From: Squalus acanthias
Taxonomy: Eukaryota
Reading direction: 5' to 3'
Assembly: GCA_030390025.1 (NCBI GenBank)
Contig: JASTWF010000035.1
Coordinates: forward strand, 2,418,001 to 2,482,000
Length of the DNA: 64,000 nt
Below are positions 37,363 to 50,188 of the stretch, one piece after another (within the stretch, counting starts at the first letter, position 1; every line of letters begins with the position of its first letter). Made by a program: the position numbers and the translations under genes. The notes below the pieces were generated by a model, which saw only the letters and a program-made list of their open reading frames with translations, had not been told where the DNA came from and did not search any database.

Positions 37363-37584
37363 CTGGTAAAAGAGAAAATCTCAGTCAGTTTGAGGTGAAA
37401 TTGTACAGCGGGCCATGGCTGGGAGGGAGCCAATCAGAAGCCAAGTCACATGGGCCCTCCTTTTTATTTTAAATATGGGTGTTTTAGCCTGACCCTGTGT
37501 CACTATTTAAAACAACCCACCCTGCACATAACAAAGGCCTTTTTATCAACCAGTTATTTCCTCCTTCCTCTCCCTGCAACGCCA

Positions 37585-38010
37585 CTCCCCTCCTCCCTCC
37601 CTCCCCTCCTCCCTCCCTCCCTCACTCCCCTCCTCCCTCCCTCCCTCACTCCCCTCCTCCCTCCCTCCCTCACTCCCCTCCTCCCTCCCTCCCTCACTCC
37701 TCTCTCTTCCTCCCTCCCTCACTCCCCTCCTCTCTCCCACCTCCCTCCCTCACTCCCCTCCTCTCTCCCTCCCTCCCTCCCTCACTCCCCTCCTCTCTCT
37801 TCCTCCCTCCCTCACTCCCCTCCTCTCTCTTCCTCCCTCCCTCACTCCCCTCCTCTCTCTTCCTCCCTCCCTCACTCCCCTCCTCTCTCCCACCTCCCTC
37901 CCTCACTCCCCTCCTCTCTCCCACCTCCCTCCCTCACTCCCCTCCTCCCTCCCTCCCTCACTCCCCGCCTCCCTCCCTCCCTCACTCCCCTCCTCTCTCC
38001 CACCTCCCTC
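37585..38010. repeat. Polypyrimidine minisatellite (CCTCCCTCACTCCCCT-like)
   Basis: Directly visible. Confidence 0.92.
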
Positions 38011-38149
38011 CCCTTTCTCTTCCCTCCCTTGGTTCCTGCCCTACTTCTCCCCTACCCACACCAGCCTCCTTTCCTTCCTCTACCTCCTTTCTCCTGCCCT
38101 ACCCTGGTCTCTCCCTCTTTTCACTTCACCATGCCCTCTCCCCTCCCCT

Positions 38150-38378
38150 GATGTCGGCAGGTTGTTCAACTACAGCGGCATCACAGTTGCACCCAAACCT
38201 GTTCTTACCCAACATCCACACACAGAAACATACAGCAATAAGGAGCAGCAATCTCTGATAACTTTTTCCCCTCTCCAGCCCACGAAAGATCAGCTAATTC
38301 AGCACAGACTGTGGATCGAACCGAACACCTTCCTGATCTGTCTGGCTCCGATACCCAGTGAATTAAGTCACTGGGGTA
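38150..38378 (-). mobile_element. Old tRNA-derived SINE fragment; a possible 3' part of the same family lies at 27605-27803 (+)
   Basis: GGTTCGATCC B-box on the minus strand. Only weak similarity to 27605-27680. Confidence 0.4.
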
Positions 38379-38389
38379 GACCTTCATTC

Positions 38390-38812
38390 GAACAGGAGGA
38401 GGCTATGAAGTCCCTTGAGCCTGTTGTGCCATTCAATGAGATCATGGCTGATCTGTTGAGCTCCATTTCCCCGCCTGTGCCTTGATTCCTGAGCCAACAT
38501 GAATCAGTCTGGAAGCTGCAACTGATCCAACACCCACAGCATTTGGTGAAGAGAGGTCCACATTTCAACTGCCCCTTTTTGTGAAAAAGTACATCCTGAT
38601 TTTGCTCCTGAACGGCCGAGCTCGAATTCGAAGATTGTGCCCTCTTGTTCTGGATTCCCCCATTGAGGGAAATAGTTTATCTCGATCTACCCAATCGAAT
38701 CCTTTCATCATTTTAAAAATCTCCATTACATCACCCTTCCACTTTCTAAGCTCAAGGGAATACAAGCCAAGTCTGTGCAACCTGGCCACACAATTTAATC
38801 CTTTAAACCCTT
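38390..38812 (-). mobile_element. Old CR1 3' fragment
   Basis: ORF 38565-38789 LGLYSLE..RTRGHNL. Confidence 0.8.
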
Positions 38813-38934
38813 GAACCTGCTACACTGGAATAAAACGGGTGCTGTGGATTGGCGGCTTGTTCTAGAAACGGCCTGAGCTTTATTTACATTGAATTCAAAC
38901 CCAGTTTTACGCCCAGGTGGTAAGTTGAAAATTT

Positions 38935-41900
38935 AGCTGTGGCTCAGTGGATAGCACTCTCTCCTCTGAGTCAGAAGGTTGTGGGTTCAAATTTCACTCC
39001 AGACTTGAGCACAAAATACAGGCTGATAATCCCAATGCAGTACTGAGGGAGCGCTGCACTGTCGGAGGGGTGGTATTGAGGGAGCGCCGCACTGTCGGAG
39101 GGGCAGTACTGAGGGAGCGCTGCACTGTCGGAGCGGCGGTACTGAGGGAGCGCCGCACTGTCGGAGGGACAGTACTGAGGGAGCGCTGCACTGTCGAAGG
39201 GACAGTACTGAGGGAGCGCTGCACTGTCGGAGGGACAGTACTGAGGTAGCGCTGCACTGTCGAAGGGACAGTACTGAGGGAGCGCCGCACTGTCGGAGGG
39301 GCAGTACTGAGGGAGCGCTGCACTGTCGGAGGGACAGTACTGAGGTAGCGCTGCACTGTCGAAGGGACAGTACTGAGGGAGCGCTGCACTGTCGGAGGGG
39401 CAGTACTGAGGTAGCGCTGCACTGTCGGAGGGACAGTACTGAGGGAGCGCTGCACTGTCGGAGGGGCAGTACTGAGGTAGCGCTGCACTGTCGAAGGGAC
39501 AGTACTGAGGGAGCGCCGCACTGTCGGAGGGACAGTACTGAGGTAGCGCTGCACTGTCGAAGGGACAGTACTGAGGGAGCGCTGCACTGTCGGAGGGGCA
39601 GTACTGAGGTAGCGCTGCACTGTCGGAGGGACAGTACTGAGGGAGCGCTGCACTGTCGGAGGGGCAGTACTGAGGGAGCGCTGCACTGTCGGAGCGGCGG
39701 TACTGAGGGAGCGCCGCACTGTCGGAGGGACAGTACTGAGGGAGCGCTGCACTGTCGGAGGGGCAGTACTGAGGTAGCGCTGCACTGTCGGAGGGGCAGT
39801 ACTGAGGTAGCGCTGCACTGTCGAAGGGACAGTACTGAGGGAGCGCTGCACTGTCGGAGGGGCAGTACTGAGGTAGCGCTGCACTGTCGAAGGGACAGTA
39901 CTGAGGGAGCGCTGCACTGTCGGAGGGGCAGTACTGAGGTAGCGCTGCACTGTCGGAGGGGCAGTACTGAGGGAGCGCCGCACTGTCGGAGGGGCAGTAC
40001 TGAGGTAGCGCTGCACTGTCGGAGGGGCAGTACTGAGGGAGCGCCGCACTGTCGGAGGGGCAGTACTGAGGGAGCGCTGCACTGTCGAAGGGACAGTACT
40101 GAGGGAGCGCTGCACTGTCGGAGGGGCAGTACTGAGGTAGCGCTGCACTGTCGGAGGGGCAGTACTGAGGGAGCGCCGCACTGTCGGAGGGGCAGTACTG
40201 AGGTAGCGCTGCACTGTCGGAGGGGCAGTACTGAGGGAGCGCTGCATTGTCGGAGGGGCAGTACTGAGGGAACGCTGCACTGTCGGAGGGGCGGAACTGA
40301 GGGAGCGCCGCACTGTCGGAGGGGCAGTACTGAGGGAGCGCTGCACTGTCGAAGGGACAGAACTGAGGGAGCGCTGCACTGTCGAAGGGACAGAACTGAG
40401 GGAGCGCTGCACTGTCAGAGGGGTAGTACTGAGGGAGCGCTGCACTGTCGGAGGGGCAGTACTGAGGGAGCGCTGCACTGTTGGAGGGGCGGTATTGAGG
40501 GAGCGCTGCACTGTCGGAGGGGCAGTACTGAGGGAGCGCTGCACTGTCGGAGGGGCGGTACTGAGGGAGCGCTGCACTGTCGGAGGGGTGATACTGAGGG
40601 AGCGCTGCACTGTCGCAGGGGCGGTACTGAGGGAACGCTGCACTGTCGGAGGGGCAGTACTAAGGGAGCGCCGCACTGTCGGAGGGGCAGTACTGAGGGA
40701 GCGCTGCACTGTCGGAGGGGCAGTACTGAGGGAGCGCTGCACTGTCGAAGGGACAGACTGAGGGAGCGCCGCACTGTCGGAGGGGCAGCACTGAGGGAGA
40801 GCTGCACTGTCGGAGGGGTGGTACTGAGGGAGCGCTGCACTGTGGGAGGGGCGGTACTGAGGGAGCGCTGCATTGTCGGAGGGGCGATACTGAGGGAGCG
40901 CGGCACTGTCGGAGGGGCGGTACTGAGGGAACGCTGCACTGTGGGAGGCGCGGTACTGAGGGAGCGCTGCACTGTCGGAGGGGCGGTACTGAGGGAGTGC
41001 CGCACTGTCGAAGGGACGGTACTGAGTGAGCGCTGCACTGTCGGAGGGGCAGTACTGAGGGAGTGCTGCACTGTCGGAGGGGCGGTACTGAGGGAGCACT
41101 GCACTGTCGGAGGGGTGGTACTGAGGGAGCGCCGCACTGTCGGGGGGTGGTACTGAGGGAGTGCTGCACTGTCGGAGCGGCGGTACTGAGGGAGAGCTGC
41201 ACTGTCGGAGGGGCAGTACTGAGAGAGCGCTGCACTGTCGGAGGGGCAGTACTGAGGGAGCGCTGCACTGTCGGAGGGGCAGCAGTGAGGGAGAGCTGCA
41301 CTGTCGGAGGGGGGCAGTGAGGGAGTGCTGCACTGTCGGAGGGGCGGCAGTGAGGGAGCGCTGCACTGTCGGAGGGGCGGTACTGAGGAAGAGTTGCACT
41401 GTCAGAGGGGCGGTACTGAGGGAGCTCTGCACTGTCGGAGGGGCGGTACTGAGGGAGCGCTGCACTGTGGGAGGGGCGGTACTGAGGGAGCGCTGCACTG
41501 TCGGAGAGGCGGTACTGAGGGAGCGCCGCACTGTCGGAGGGGCAGTACTGAGGGAGCGCTGCACTGTCGGAGGGGCACTACTGAGGGAGCGCTGCACTGT
41601 CGAAGGGACAGAACTGAGGGAGCGCCGCACTGTCAGAGGGGTAGTACTGAGGGAGCGCTGCACTGTCGGAGGGGCGGTATTGAGGGAGCGCTGCACTGTT
41701 GGAGGGGCGGGACTGAGGGAGCGCCGCACTGTCGGAGGGGCAGCACTGAGGGAGCGCTGCACTGTCGGAGGGGCGATACTGAGGGAGCGCTGCACTGTCG
41801 CCGGGGCGGTACTGAGGGAACGCTGCACTGTGGGAGGGGCGGTACGGAGGGAGTGCCGCTCTGTCGGAGGGGCGGTACTGAGGGTGCGCTGCACTGTCGA

Positions 41901-44900
41901 GGGTCAGTACTGAGGGAGAGCTGCACTGTGGGAGGGGCGGTACTGAGGGAGCGCTGCACTGTCGGAGAGGTGGTACTGAGGGAGCGCCGCACTGTCGGAG
42001 GGACGGTACTGAGGTAGCGCTGCACTGTCGGAGGGGCAGTACTGAGGGAGTGCTGCATTGTCGGAGGGGCAGTACTGAGGGAGAGCTGCACTGTCGGAGG
42101 GGGTGCAGTGAGGGAGTGCTGCACTGTCGGAGGGGCGGCAGTGAGGGAGCTCTGCACTGTCGTTGGGGCGGTACTGAGGGAGAGTTGCACTGTCGGAGGA
42201 GCGGTACTGAGGGAGCGCGGCACTGTCGGAGGGGCGGTACTGAGGGAGCGCTGCACTGTCGGAGGAGCGGTACTGAGGGAGCGCTGCACTGTCGGAGGGG
42301 CGGTACTGAGGGAGCGCTGCACTGTCGGAGGGGCAGTACTGAGGGAGCACTGCACTGTGGGAGGGGTGGTACTGAGGGAGTGCTGCACTGTCGGAGGGGC
42401 GGTACTGATGGAGCGCTGCACTGTCGGAGGAGCGGTACTGAGGGAGCGCTGCACTGTCGGGGGTCGGTACTGAGGGAGCGCTGTACTGTTGGAGGGGCAG
42501 TACTGAGGGAGCGCTGCACAGTCGGAGGGGCAGTACTGAGGGAACGCTGCACTGTCAAAGGGACAGTACTGAGGGAGCGCCGCACTGTCGGAGGGGCGGA
42601 ACTGAGGGAGCGCTGCACTGTCGGAGGGGCAGTACTGAGGGAGCGCTGCATTGTCGGAGGGGCAGTACTAAGGGAGCGCCACACTGTCGGAGGGGCAGTA
42701 CTGAGGGAGCGCTGCACTGTCGGAGGGGCAGTACTGAGGGAGCGCTGCACTGTCGAAGGGACAGACTGAGGGAGCGCCGCACTGTCGGAGGGGCAGTACT
42801 GAGGGAGAGCTGCACTGTCGGAGGGGTGGTACTGAGGGAGCGCTGCACTGTCGGAGGGGCGGTACTGAGGGAGCGCTGCATTGTCGGAGGGGCGATACTG
42901 AGGGAGCGCGGCACTGTCGGAGGGGCGGTACTGAGGGAACGCTGCACTGTGGGAGGCGCGGTACTGAGGGAGCGCTGCACTGTCGGAGGGGCGGTACTGA
43001 GGGAGTGCCGCACTGTCGAAGGGACGGTACTGAGTGAGCGCTGCACTGTCGGAGGGGCAGTACTGAGGGAGTGCTGCACTGTCGGAGGGGCGGTACTGAG
43101 GGAGCACTGCACTGTCGGAGGGGTGGTACTGAGGGAGCGCCGCACTGTCGGGGGGTGGTACTGAGGGAGTGCTGCACTGTCGGAGCGGCGGTACTGAGGG
43201 AGAGCTGCACTGTCGGAGGGGCAGTACTGAGAGAGCGCTGCACTGTCGGAGGGGCAGTACTGAGGGAGCGCTGCACTGTCGGAGGGGCAGCAGTGAGGGA
43301 GAGCTGAACTGTCGGAGGGGGGCAGTGAGGGAGTGCTGCACTGTCGGAGGGGCGGCAGTGAGGGAGCGCTGCACTGTCGGAGGGGCGGTACTGAGGAAGA
43401 GTTGCACTGTCAGAGGGGCGGTACTGAGGGAGCTCTGCACTGTCTGAGGGGCGGTACTGAGGGAGCGCTGCACTGTGGGAGGGGCGGTACTGAGGGAGCG
43501 CTGCACTGTCGGAGAGGCGGTACTGAGGGAGCGCCGCACTGTCGGAGGGACGGTACTGAGGGAGCGCTGCACTGTCGGAGGGGCAGTACTGAGGGAGCGC
43601 TGCACTGTCGAAGGGACAGAACTGAGGGAGCGCCACACTGTCAGAGGGGCAGTACTGAGGTAGCGCTGCACTGTCGCCGGGGCGGTACTGAGGGAACGCT
43701 GCACTGTGGGAGGGGCGGTACTGAGGGAGCGCTGCACTGTCGGAGGGGCGGTACGGAGGGAGTGCCGCTCTGTCGGAGGGGCGGTACTGAGGGTGCGCTG
43801 CACTGTCGAGGGTCAGTACCGAGGGAGAGCTGCACTGTGGGAGGGGCGGTACTGAGGGAGCGCTGCACTGTCGGAGAGGTGGTACTGAGGGAGCGCCGCA
43901 CTGTCGGAGGGACGGTACTGAGGGAGCGCTGCACTGTCGGAGGGGCAGTACTGAGGGAGCGCTGCACTGTCGAAGGGACAGAACTGAGGGAGCGCCGCAC
44001 TGTCAGAGGGGCGGTACTGAGGGAGCGCTGCACTGTGGGAGGGGCAGTACTGAGGGAGCGCTGCACTGTCGGAGGGGCGGTATTGAGGGAGCGCTGCACT
44101 GTTGGAGGGGCGGTACTGAGGGAGCGCCTCACTGTCGGAGGGGCAGTACTGAGGGAGCGCTGCACTGTCGGAGGGGCAGTACTGAGGGAGCGCTGCACTG
44201 TCGGAGGGGCGATACTGAGGGAGCGCTGCACTGTCGCAGGGGCGGTACTGAGGGAACGCTGCACTGTGGGAGGGGCGGTACTGAGGGAGCGCCGCACTGT
44301 CGGAGGGGCAGCAGTGAGGGAGAGCTGCACTGTCGGAGGGGGTGCAGTGAGGGAGTGCTGCACTGTCGGAGGGGCGGCAGTGAGGGAGCGCTGCACTGTC
44401 GGAGGGGCGGTACTGAGGGAGAGTTGCACTGTCAGAGGGGCGGTACTGAGGGAGCTCTGCACTGTCGGAGGGGCGGTACTGAGGGAGCGCTGCACTGTCG
44501 GAGGAGCGGTAGTGAGGGAGCGCTGCACTGTCGGAGGGGCGGTACTGAGGGAGCGCTGCACTGTCGGAGGGGCGGTAGTGAGGGAGCGCCGCACTGTCGG
44601 AGGAGCGGTACTGAGGGAGCGCTGCACTGTCGGAGGGGCGGTACTGAGGGAGCGCTGCACTGTTGGAGGGGCGGTACTGAGGGAGCGCTGCACTGTCGGA
44701 GGGACGGTACTGAGGGAGTGCTGCACTGTTGGAGCGGCGGTACTGAGGGACAGTTGCACTGTCGGAGGAGCGGTACTGAGGGAGCGCTGCACTGTCGGAG
44801 GGGCGGTACTGAGGGAGCGCTGCACTGTCGGAGGAGCGGTACTGAGGGAGCGCTGCACTGTCGGAGGGGCGGTACTGAGGGAGCGCTGCACTGTTGGAGG

Positions 44901-47900
44901 GGCAGTACTGAGGGAGCACTGCACTGTCGGAGGGGCGGTACTGAGGGAGTGCTGCACTGTCGGAGGGGCAGTACTGAGGGAGCGCTGCACTGTCGGAGGA
45001 GCGGTACTGAGGGAGCGCTGCACTGTCGGGGGGCGGTACTGAGGGAGCGCTGCACTGTCGGAGGGAAAGTACTGAGGGAGCGCTGCACAGTCGGAGGGGC
45101 AGTACTGAGGGAACGCTGCACTGTCAAAGGAACAGTACTGAGGCAGCGCCGCACTGTCGGAGGGGAGGAACTGAGGGAGCGCTGCACTGTCGGAGGGGCA
45201 GTACTGAGGGAGCGCTGCACTGTCGGACGGGCAGTACGAAGGGAGCGCCGCACTGTCGGAGGGGCAGTACTGAGGGAGCGCTGCACTGTCGGAGGGGCAG
45301 TACTGAGGGAGCGCTGCACTGTCGGAGGGGCAGTACTGAGGGAGCGCTGCACTGTCGAAGGGACAGACTGAGGGAGCGCCGCACTGTCGGAGGGGCAGTA
45401 CTGAGGGAGAGCTGCACTGTCGAGGGTCAGTACTGAGGGAGCGCTGCACAGTCGGAGGGGCAGTACTGAGGGAACGCTGCACTGTCAAAGGAACAGTACT
45501 GAGGCAGCGCCGCACTGTCGGAGGGGAGGAACTGAGGGAGCGCTGCACTGTCGGAGGGGCAGTACTGAGGGAGCGCTGCACTGTCGGACGGGCAGTACTA
45601 AGGGAGCGCCGCACTGTCGGAGGGGCAGTACTGAGGGAGCGCTGCACTGTCGGAGGGGCAGGACTGAGGGAGCGCTGCACTGTCGGAGGGGCAGTACTGA
45701 GGGAGCGCTGCACTGTCGAAGGGACAGACTGAGGGAGCGCCGCACTGTCGGAGGGGCAGTACTGAGGGAGAGCTGCACTGTCGAGGGTCAGTACTGAGGG
45801 AGCGCTGCACTGTCGGAGGGGCAGTACTGAGGGAGCGCTGCACTGTCGGAGGGGTGGTACTGAGGGAGCGCTGCACTGTCGGAGGGGCGGTAATGAGGGA
45901 GCGCTGCACTGTCGGAGGGGCGGTACTGAGGGAGCGCTGCACTGTCGGAGGGGCAGTACTGAGGGAGCACTGCACTGTCGGAGGGGCGGTACTGAGGGAG
46001 TGCTGCACTGTCGGAGGGGCAGTACTGAGGGAGCGCTGCACTGTCGGAGGAGCGGTACTAAGGGAGCGCTGCACTGTCGGGGGGCGGTACTGAGGGAGCG
46101 CTGCACTGTCGGAGGGAAAGTACTGAGGGAGCGCTGCACAGTCGGAGGGGCAGTACTGAGGGAACGCTGCACTGTCAAAGGAACAGTACTGAGGCAGCGC
46201 CGCACTGTCGGAGGGGAGGAACTGAGGGAGCGCTGCACTGTCGGAGGGGCAGTACTGAGGGAGCGCTGCACTGTCGGACGGGCAGTACGAAGGGAGCGCC
46301 GCACTGTCGGAGGGGCAGTACTGAGGGAGCGCTGCACTGTCGGAGGGGCAGTACTGAGGGAGCGCTGCACTGTCGGAGGGGCAGTACTGAGGGAGCGCTG
46401 CACTGTCGAAGGGACAGACTGAGGGAGCGCCGCACTGTCGGAGGGGCAGTACTGAGGGAGAGCTGCACTGTCGAGGGTCAGTACTGAGGGAGCGCTGCAC
46501 TGTCGGAGGGGCAGTACTGAGGGAGCGCTGCACAGTCGGAGGGGCAGTACTGAGGGAACGCTGCACTGTCAAAGGAACAGTACTGAGGCAGCGCCGCACT
46601 GTCGGAGGGGAGGAACTGAGGGAGCGCTGCACTGTCGGAGGGGCAGTACTGAGGGAGCGCTGCACTGTCGGACGGGCAGTACTAAGGGAGCGCCGCACTG
46701 TCGGAGGGGCAGTACTGAGGGAGCGCTGCACTGTCGGAGGGGCAGGACTGAGGGAGCGCTGCACTGTCGGAGGGGCAGTACTGAGGGAGCGCTGCACTGT
46801 CGAAGGGACAGACTGAGGGAGCGCCGCACTGTCGGAGGGGCAGTACTGAGGGAGAGCTGCACTGTCGAGGGTCAGTACTGAGGGAGCGCTGCACTGTCGG
46901 AGGGGCAGTACTGAGGGAGCGCTGCACTGTCGGAGGGGTGGTACTGAGGGAGCGCTGCACTGTCGGAGGGGCGGTAATGAGGGAGCGCTGCACTGTCGGA
47001 GGGGCGATACTGAGGGAGCGCTGCACTGTCGGAGGGGCGGTACTGAGGGAACGCTGCACTGTGGGAGGGGCGGTACTGAGGGAGCGCTGCACTGTCGGAG
47101 GGGCGGTACTGAGGGAGCGCCGCACTGTCGAAGGGACGGAACTGAGTGAGCGCTGCACTGTCGGAGGGGCAGTACTGAGGGAGTGCTGCACTGTCGGAGG
47201 GGCGGTACTGAGGGAGCGCTGCACTGTCGGAGGGGCGGTACTGAGGGAGCTCTGCACTGTCGGAGGGGCGGTACTGAGGGAGCGCTGCACTGTGGGAGGG
47301 GCGGTACTGAGGGAGCGCTGCACTGTCGGAGAGGCGGTACTGAGGGAGCGCCGCACTGTCAGAGGGACGGTACTGAGGGAGCGCTGCACTGTCGGAGGGG
47401 CAGTACTGAGGGAGCGCTGCACTGTCGGAGGGGCGGTACTGAGGGAGCGCTGCACTGTCGGAGGGGCGGTACTGAGGGAGCGCTGCACTGTCGGAGGGGC
47501 GGTACTGAGGGAGCGCTGCACTGTCGGAGGGGCGGTACTGAGTGAGTGCCGCACTGTCGGGGGGGCGGTACTGAGGGAGCGCTGCACTGTCGGAGGGTCG
47601 GTACTGAGGGAGCGCTGCACTGTCGGAGGGGCGGTACTGAGGGAGCGCTGCACTGTCGGAGGGGCGGTACTGAGGGAGCGCTGCACTGTCGGAGGGGCGG
47701 TACTGAGGGAGCGCTGTACTGAGGGAGGGGCAGTACTGAGGGAGCGCCGCACTGTCGGAGGGGTGGTACTGAGGGAGTGCTGCACTGTCGGAGCGGCGGT
47801 ACTGAGGGAGAGCTGCACTGTCAGAGGGGCAGTACTGAGAGAGCGCTGCACTGTCGGAGGGGCAGTACTGAGGGAGAGCTGCAATGTCGGAGGGGCGGCA

Positions 47901-49575
47901 GTGAGGGAGCGCTGCATTGTCGGAGGGGCGGTACTGAGGGAGAGTTGCACTGTCAGAGGGGCAGTACTGAGGGAGCGCTGCACTGTCGGAGGGGCAGTAC
48001 TAAGGGAGCGCCGCACTGTCGGAGGGGCAGTACTGAGGGAGCGCTGCACTGTCGGAGGGGCAGTACTGAGGGAGCGCTGCACTGTCGGAGGGGCAGTACT
48101 GAGGGAGCGCTGCACTGTCGAAGGGACAGACTGAGGGAGCGCCGCACTGTCGGAGGGGCAGTACTGAGGGAGAGCTGCACTGTCGAGGGTCAGTACTGAG
48201 GGAGCGCTGCACTGTCGGAGGGGCAGTACTGAGGGAGCGCTGCACTGTCGGAGGGGTGGTACTGAGGGAGCGCTGCACTGTCGGAGGGGCGGTAATGAGG
48301 GAGCGCTGCACTGTCGGAGGGGCGATACTGAGGGAGCGCTGCACTGTCGGAGGGGCGGTACTGAGGGAACGCTGCACTGTGGGAGGGGCGGTACTGAGGG
48401 AGCGCTGCACTGTCGGAGGGGCGGTACTGAGGGAGCGCTGCACTGTCGAAGGGACGGTACTGAGTGAGCGCTGCACTGTCGGAGGGGCAGTACTGAGGGA
48501 GTGCTGCACTGTCGGAGGGGCGGTACTGAGGGAGCGCTGCACTGTCGGAGGGGCGGTACTGAGGGAGCTCTGCACTGTCGGAGGGGCGGTACTGAGGGAG
48601 CGCTGCACTGTGGGAGGGGCGGTACTGAGGGAGCGCTGCACTGTCGGAGAGGCGGTACTGAGGGAGCGCCGCACTGTCAGAGGGACGGTACTGAGGGAGC
48701 GCTGCACTGTCGGAGGGGCAGTACTGAGGGAGCGCTGCACTGTCGGAGGGGCGGTACTGAGGGAGCGCTGCACTGTCGGAGGGGCGGTACTGAGGGAGCG
48801 CTGCACTGTCGGATGGGCAGTAGTGAGGGAGCGCTGCACTGTCGGAGGGGCGGTACTGAGTGAGTGCCGCACTGTCGGAGGGGCGGTACTGAGGGAGCGC
48901 TGCACTGTCGGAGGGGCGGTACTGAGGGAGCGCTGCACTGTCGGAGGGGCGGTACTGAGGGAGCGCTGCACTGTCGGAGGGGCGGTACTGAGGGAGCGCT
49001 GCACTGTCGGAGGGGCGGTACTGAGGGAGCGCTGTACTGAGGGAGGGGCAGTACTGAGGGAGCGCCGCACTGTCGGAGGGGTGGTACTGAGGGAGTGCTG
49101 CACTGTCGGAGCGGCGGTACTGAGGGAGAGCTGCACTGTCGGAGGGGCAGTACTGAGAGAGCGCTGCACTGTCGGAGGGGCAGTACTGAGGGAGAGCTGC
49201 AATGTCGGAGGGGCGGCAGTGAGGGAGCGCTGCATTGTCGGAGGGGCGGTACTGAGGGAGAGTTGCACTGTCAGAGGGGCGGTACTGCGGGAGCTCTGCA
49301 CTGTCGGAGGGGCAGTACTGAGGGAGCGCCGTACTGTCGGAGGGGCGGCAGTGAGGGAGTGCCGCACTATCGGGAGGGGCAGTACTGAGGGAGTGCCGCA
49401 CTGTCGGAGGTGCTGTCTTTCGGATGAGATGTTAAAATGAGCCCCCGTCTGCTCTCTCAGGTGGATGTAATAGATCCCACGGCCACTATTCGAAGAAGAG
49501 CAGGGGAGTTATCCCCAGTGTCCTGGTCAATATTTATCCCTCAACCAACATCACTAAAACGGATTATCTGGTTGT
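38935..49575 (+). mobile_element. Deu-domain SINE split by an internal satellite
   Basis: Head 38935-39037 and core 49411-49575 are colinear with the reverse complement of 33030-33478. Confidence 0.88.
39038..49410. repeat. 33-bp satellite GCAGTACTGAGGGAGCGCTGCACTGTCGGAGGG (~310 units) with higher-order repeats
   Basis: Directly visible; occasional 31/32-bp variant units. Confidence 0.98.
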
Positions 49576-49576
49576 T

Positions 49577-50188
49577 ACAAAAGCAACATACTGCAGATGC
49601 TGGAAATCTGAAATAAAATACTTCTTGCAATCTAGTATACTGTATTCGCTGCTCACGATGCGGTCTCCTCTACTTTGGGGAGACCAAACGCAGATTGGGT
49701 GACCGCTTTGCGGAACACCTCCATTCAGTCCATAAGGGTGACCCCAAGCTTCTGGTCGCCTGTCACTTTAATTCTCCGCTCCACTCCCACTCAGACCTCA
49801 CCGTCCTCGGCCTCTTATACTGTTCCAATGAAGCTCAACGTAAGCTCGAGGAACAGCACCTCATCTTTCGATTAGGCACTTTAAAGCCTTCTGGACTCAA
49901 CATCGAGTTCAACAATTTCAGACCATAACCTCTGCCCCTACTTTTTTACCATTTTTTTTCTCTCTCTCACATGGCAGCTGTCTTTCATTCTGCCAGTGCC
50001 ATTTACACTTCATCTAGAGCCATCTTTTGTTTCTTAACTTGTCCCATTACCATCTCCTTTTGCCTTGCACCATCATCCCTTTTGTCTCTTATTCTCTCCT
50101 GCCTTCCATCCTATCACAGACCTTCCCTTTTGTTCTTTCCTCCCCTCCCCCCTTTCCCTGCCCCTACACTTGTTTGAAAAACCGGTAC
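49577..50188 (+). mobile_element. Penelope-like element: GIY-YIG endonuclease C-terminus and 3' region, preceded by a probable short inverted pLTR piece
   Basis: 49620-49928 reads TSCNLVYCIRCSRCGLLYFGETKRRLGDRFAEHL..VACHFNS..RKLEEQHLIFRLGTLKPSGLN. Assignment of 49577-49619 as an inverted pLTR end is from recall. Confidence 0.88.

Noticed and set aside
38994..49440. Long mucin-like ORFs (TVQRSLSTAPP, RERCTVGGAVL; up to 966 aa)
   Set aside because: By-product of a 33-bp (11-codon) unit. Open in several frames on both strands, broken by 31/32-bp units, and derived from a SINE.
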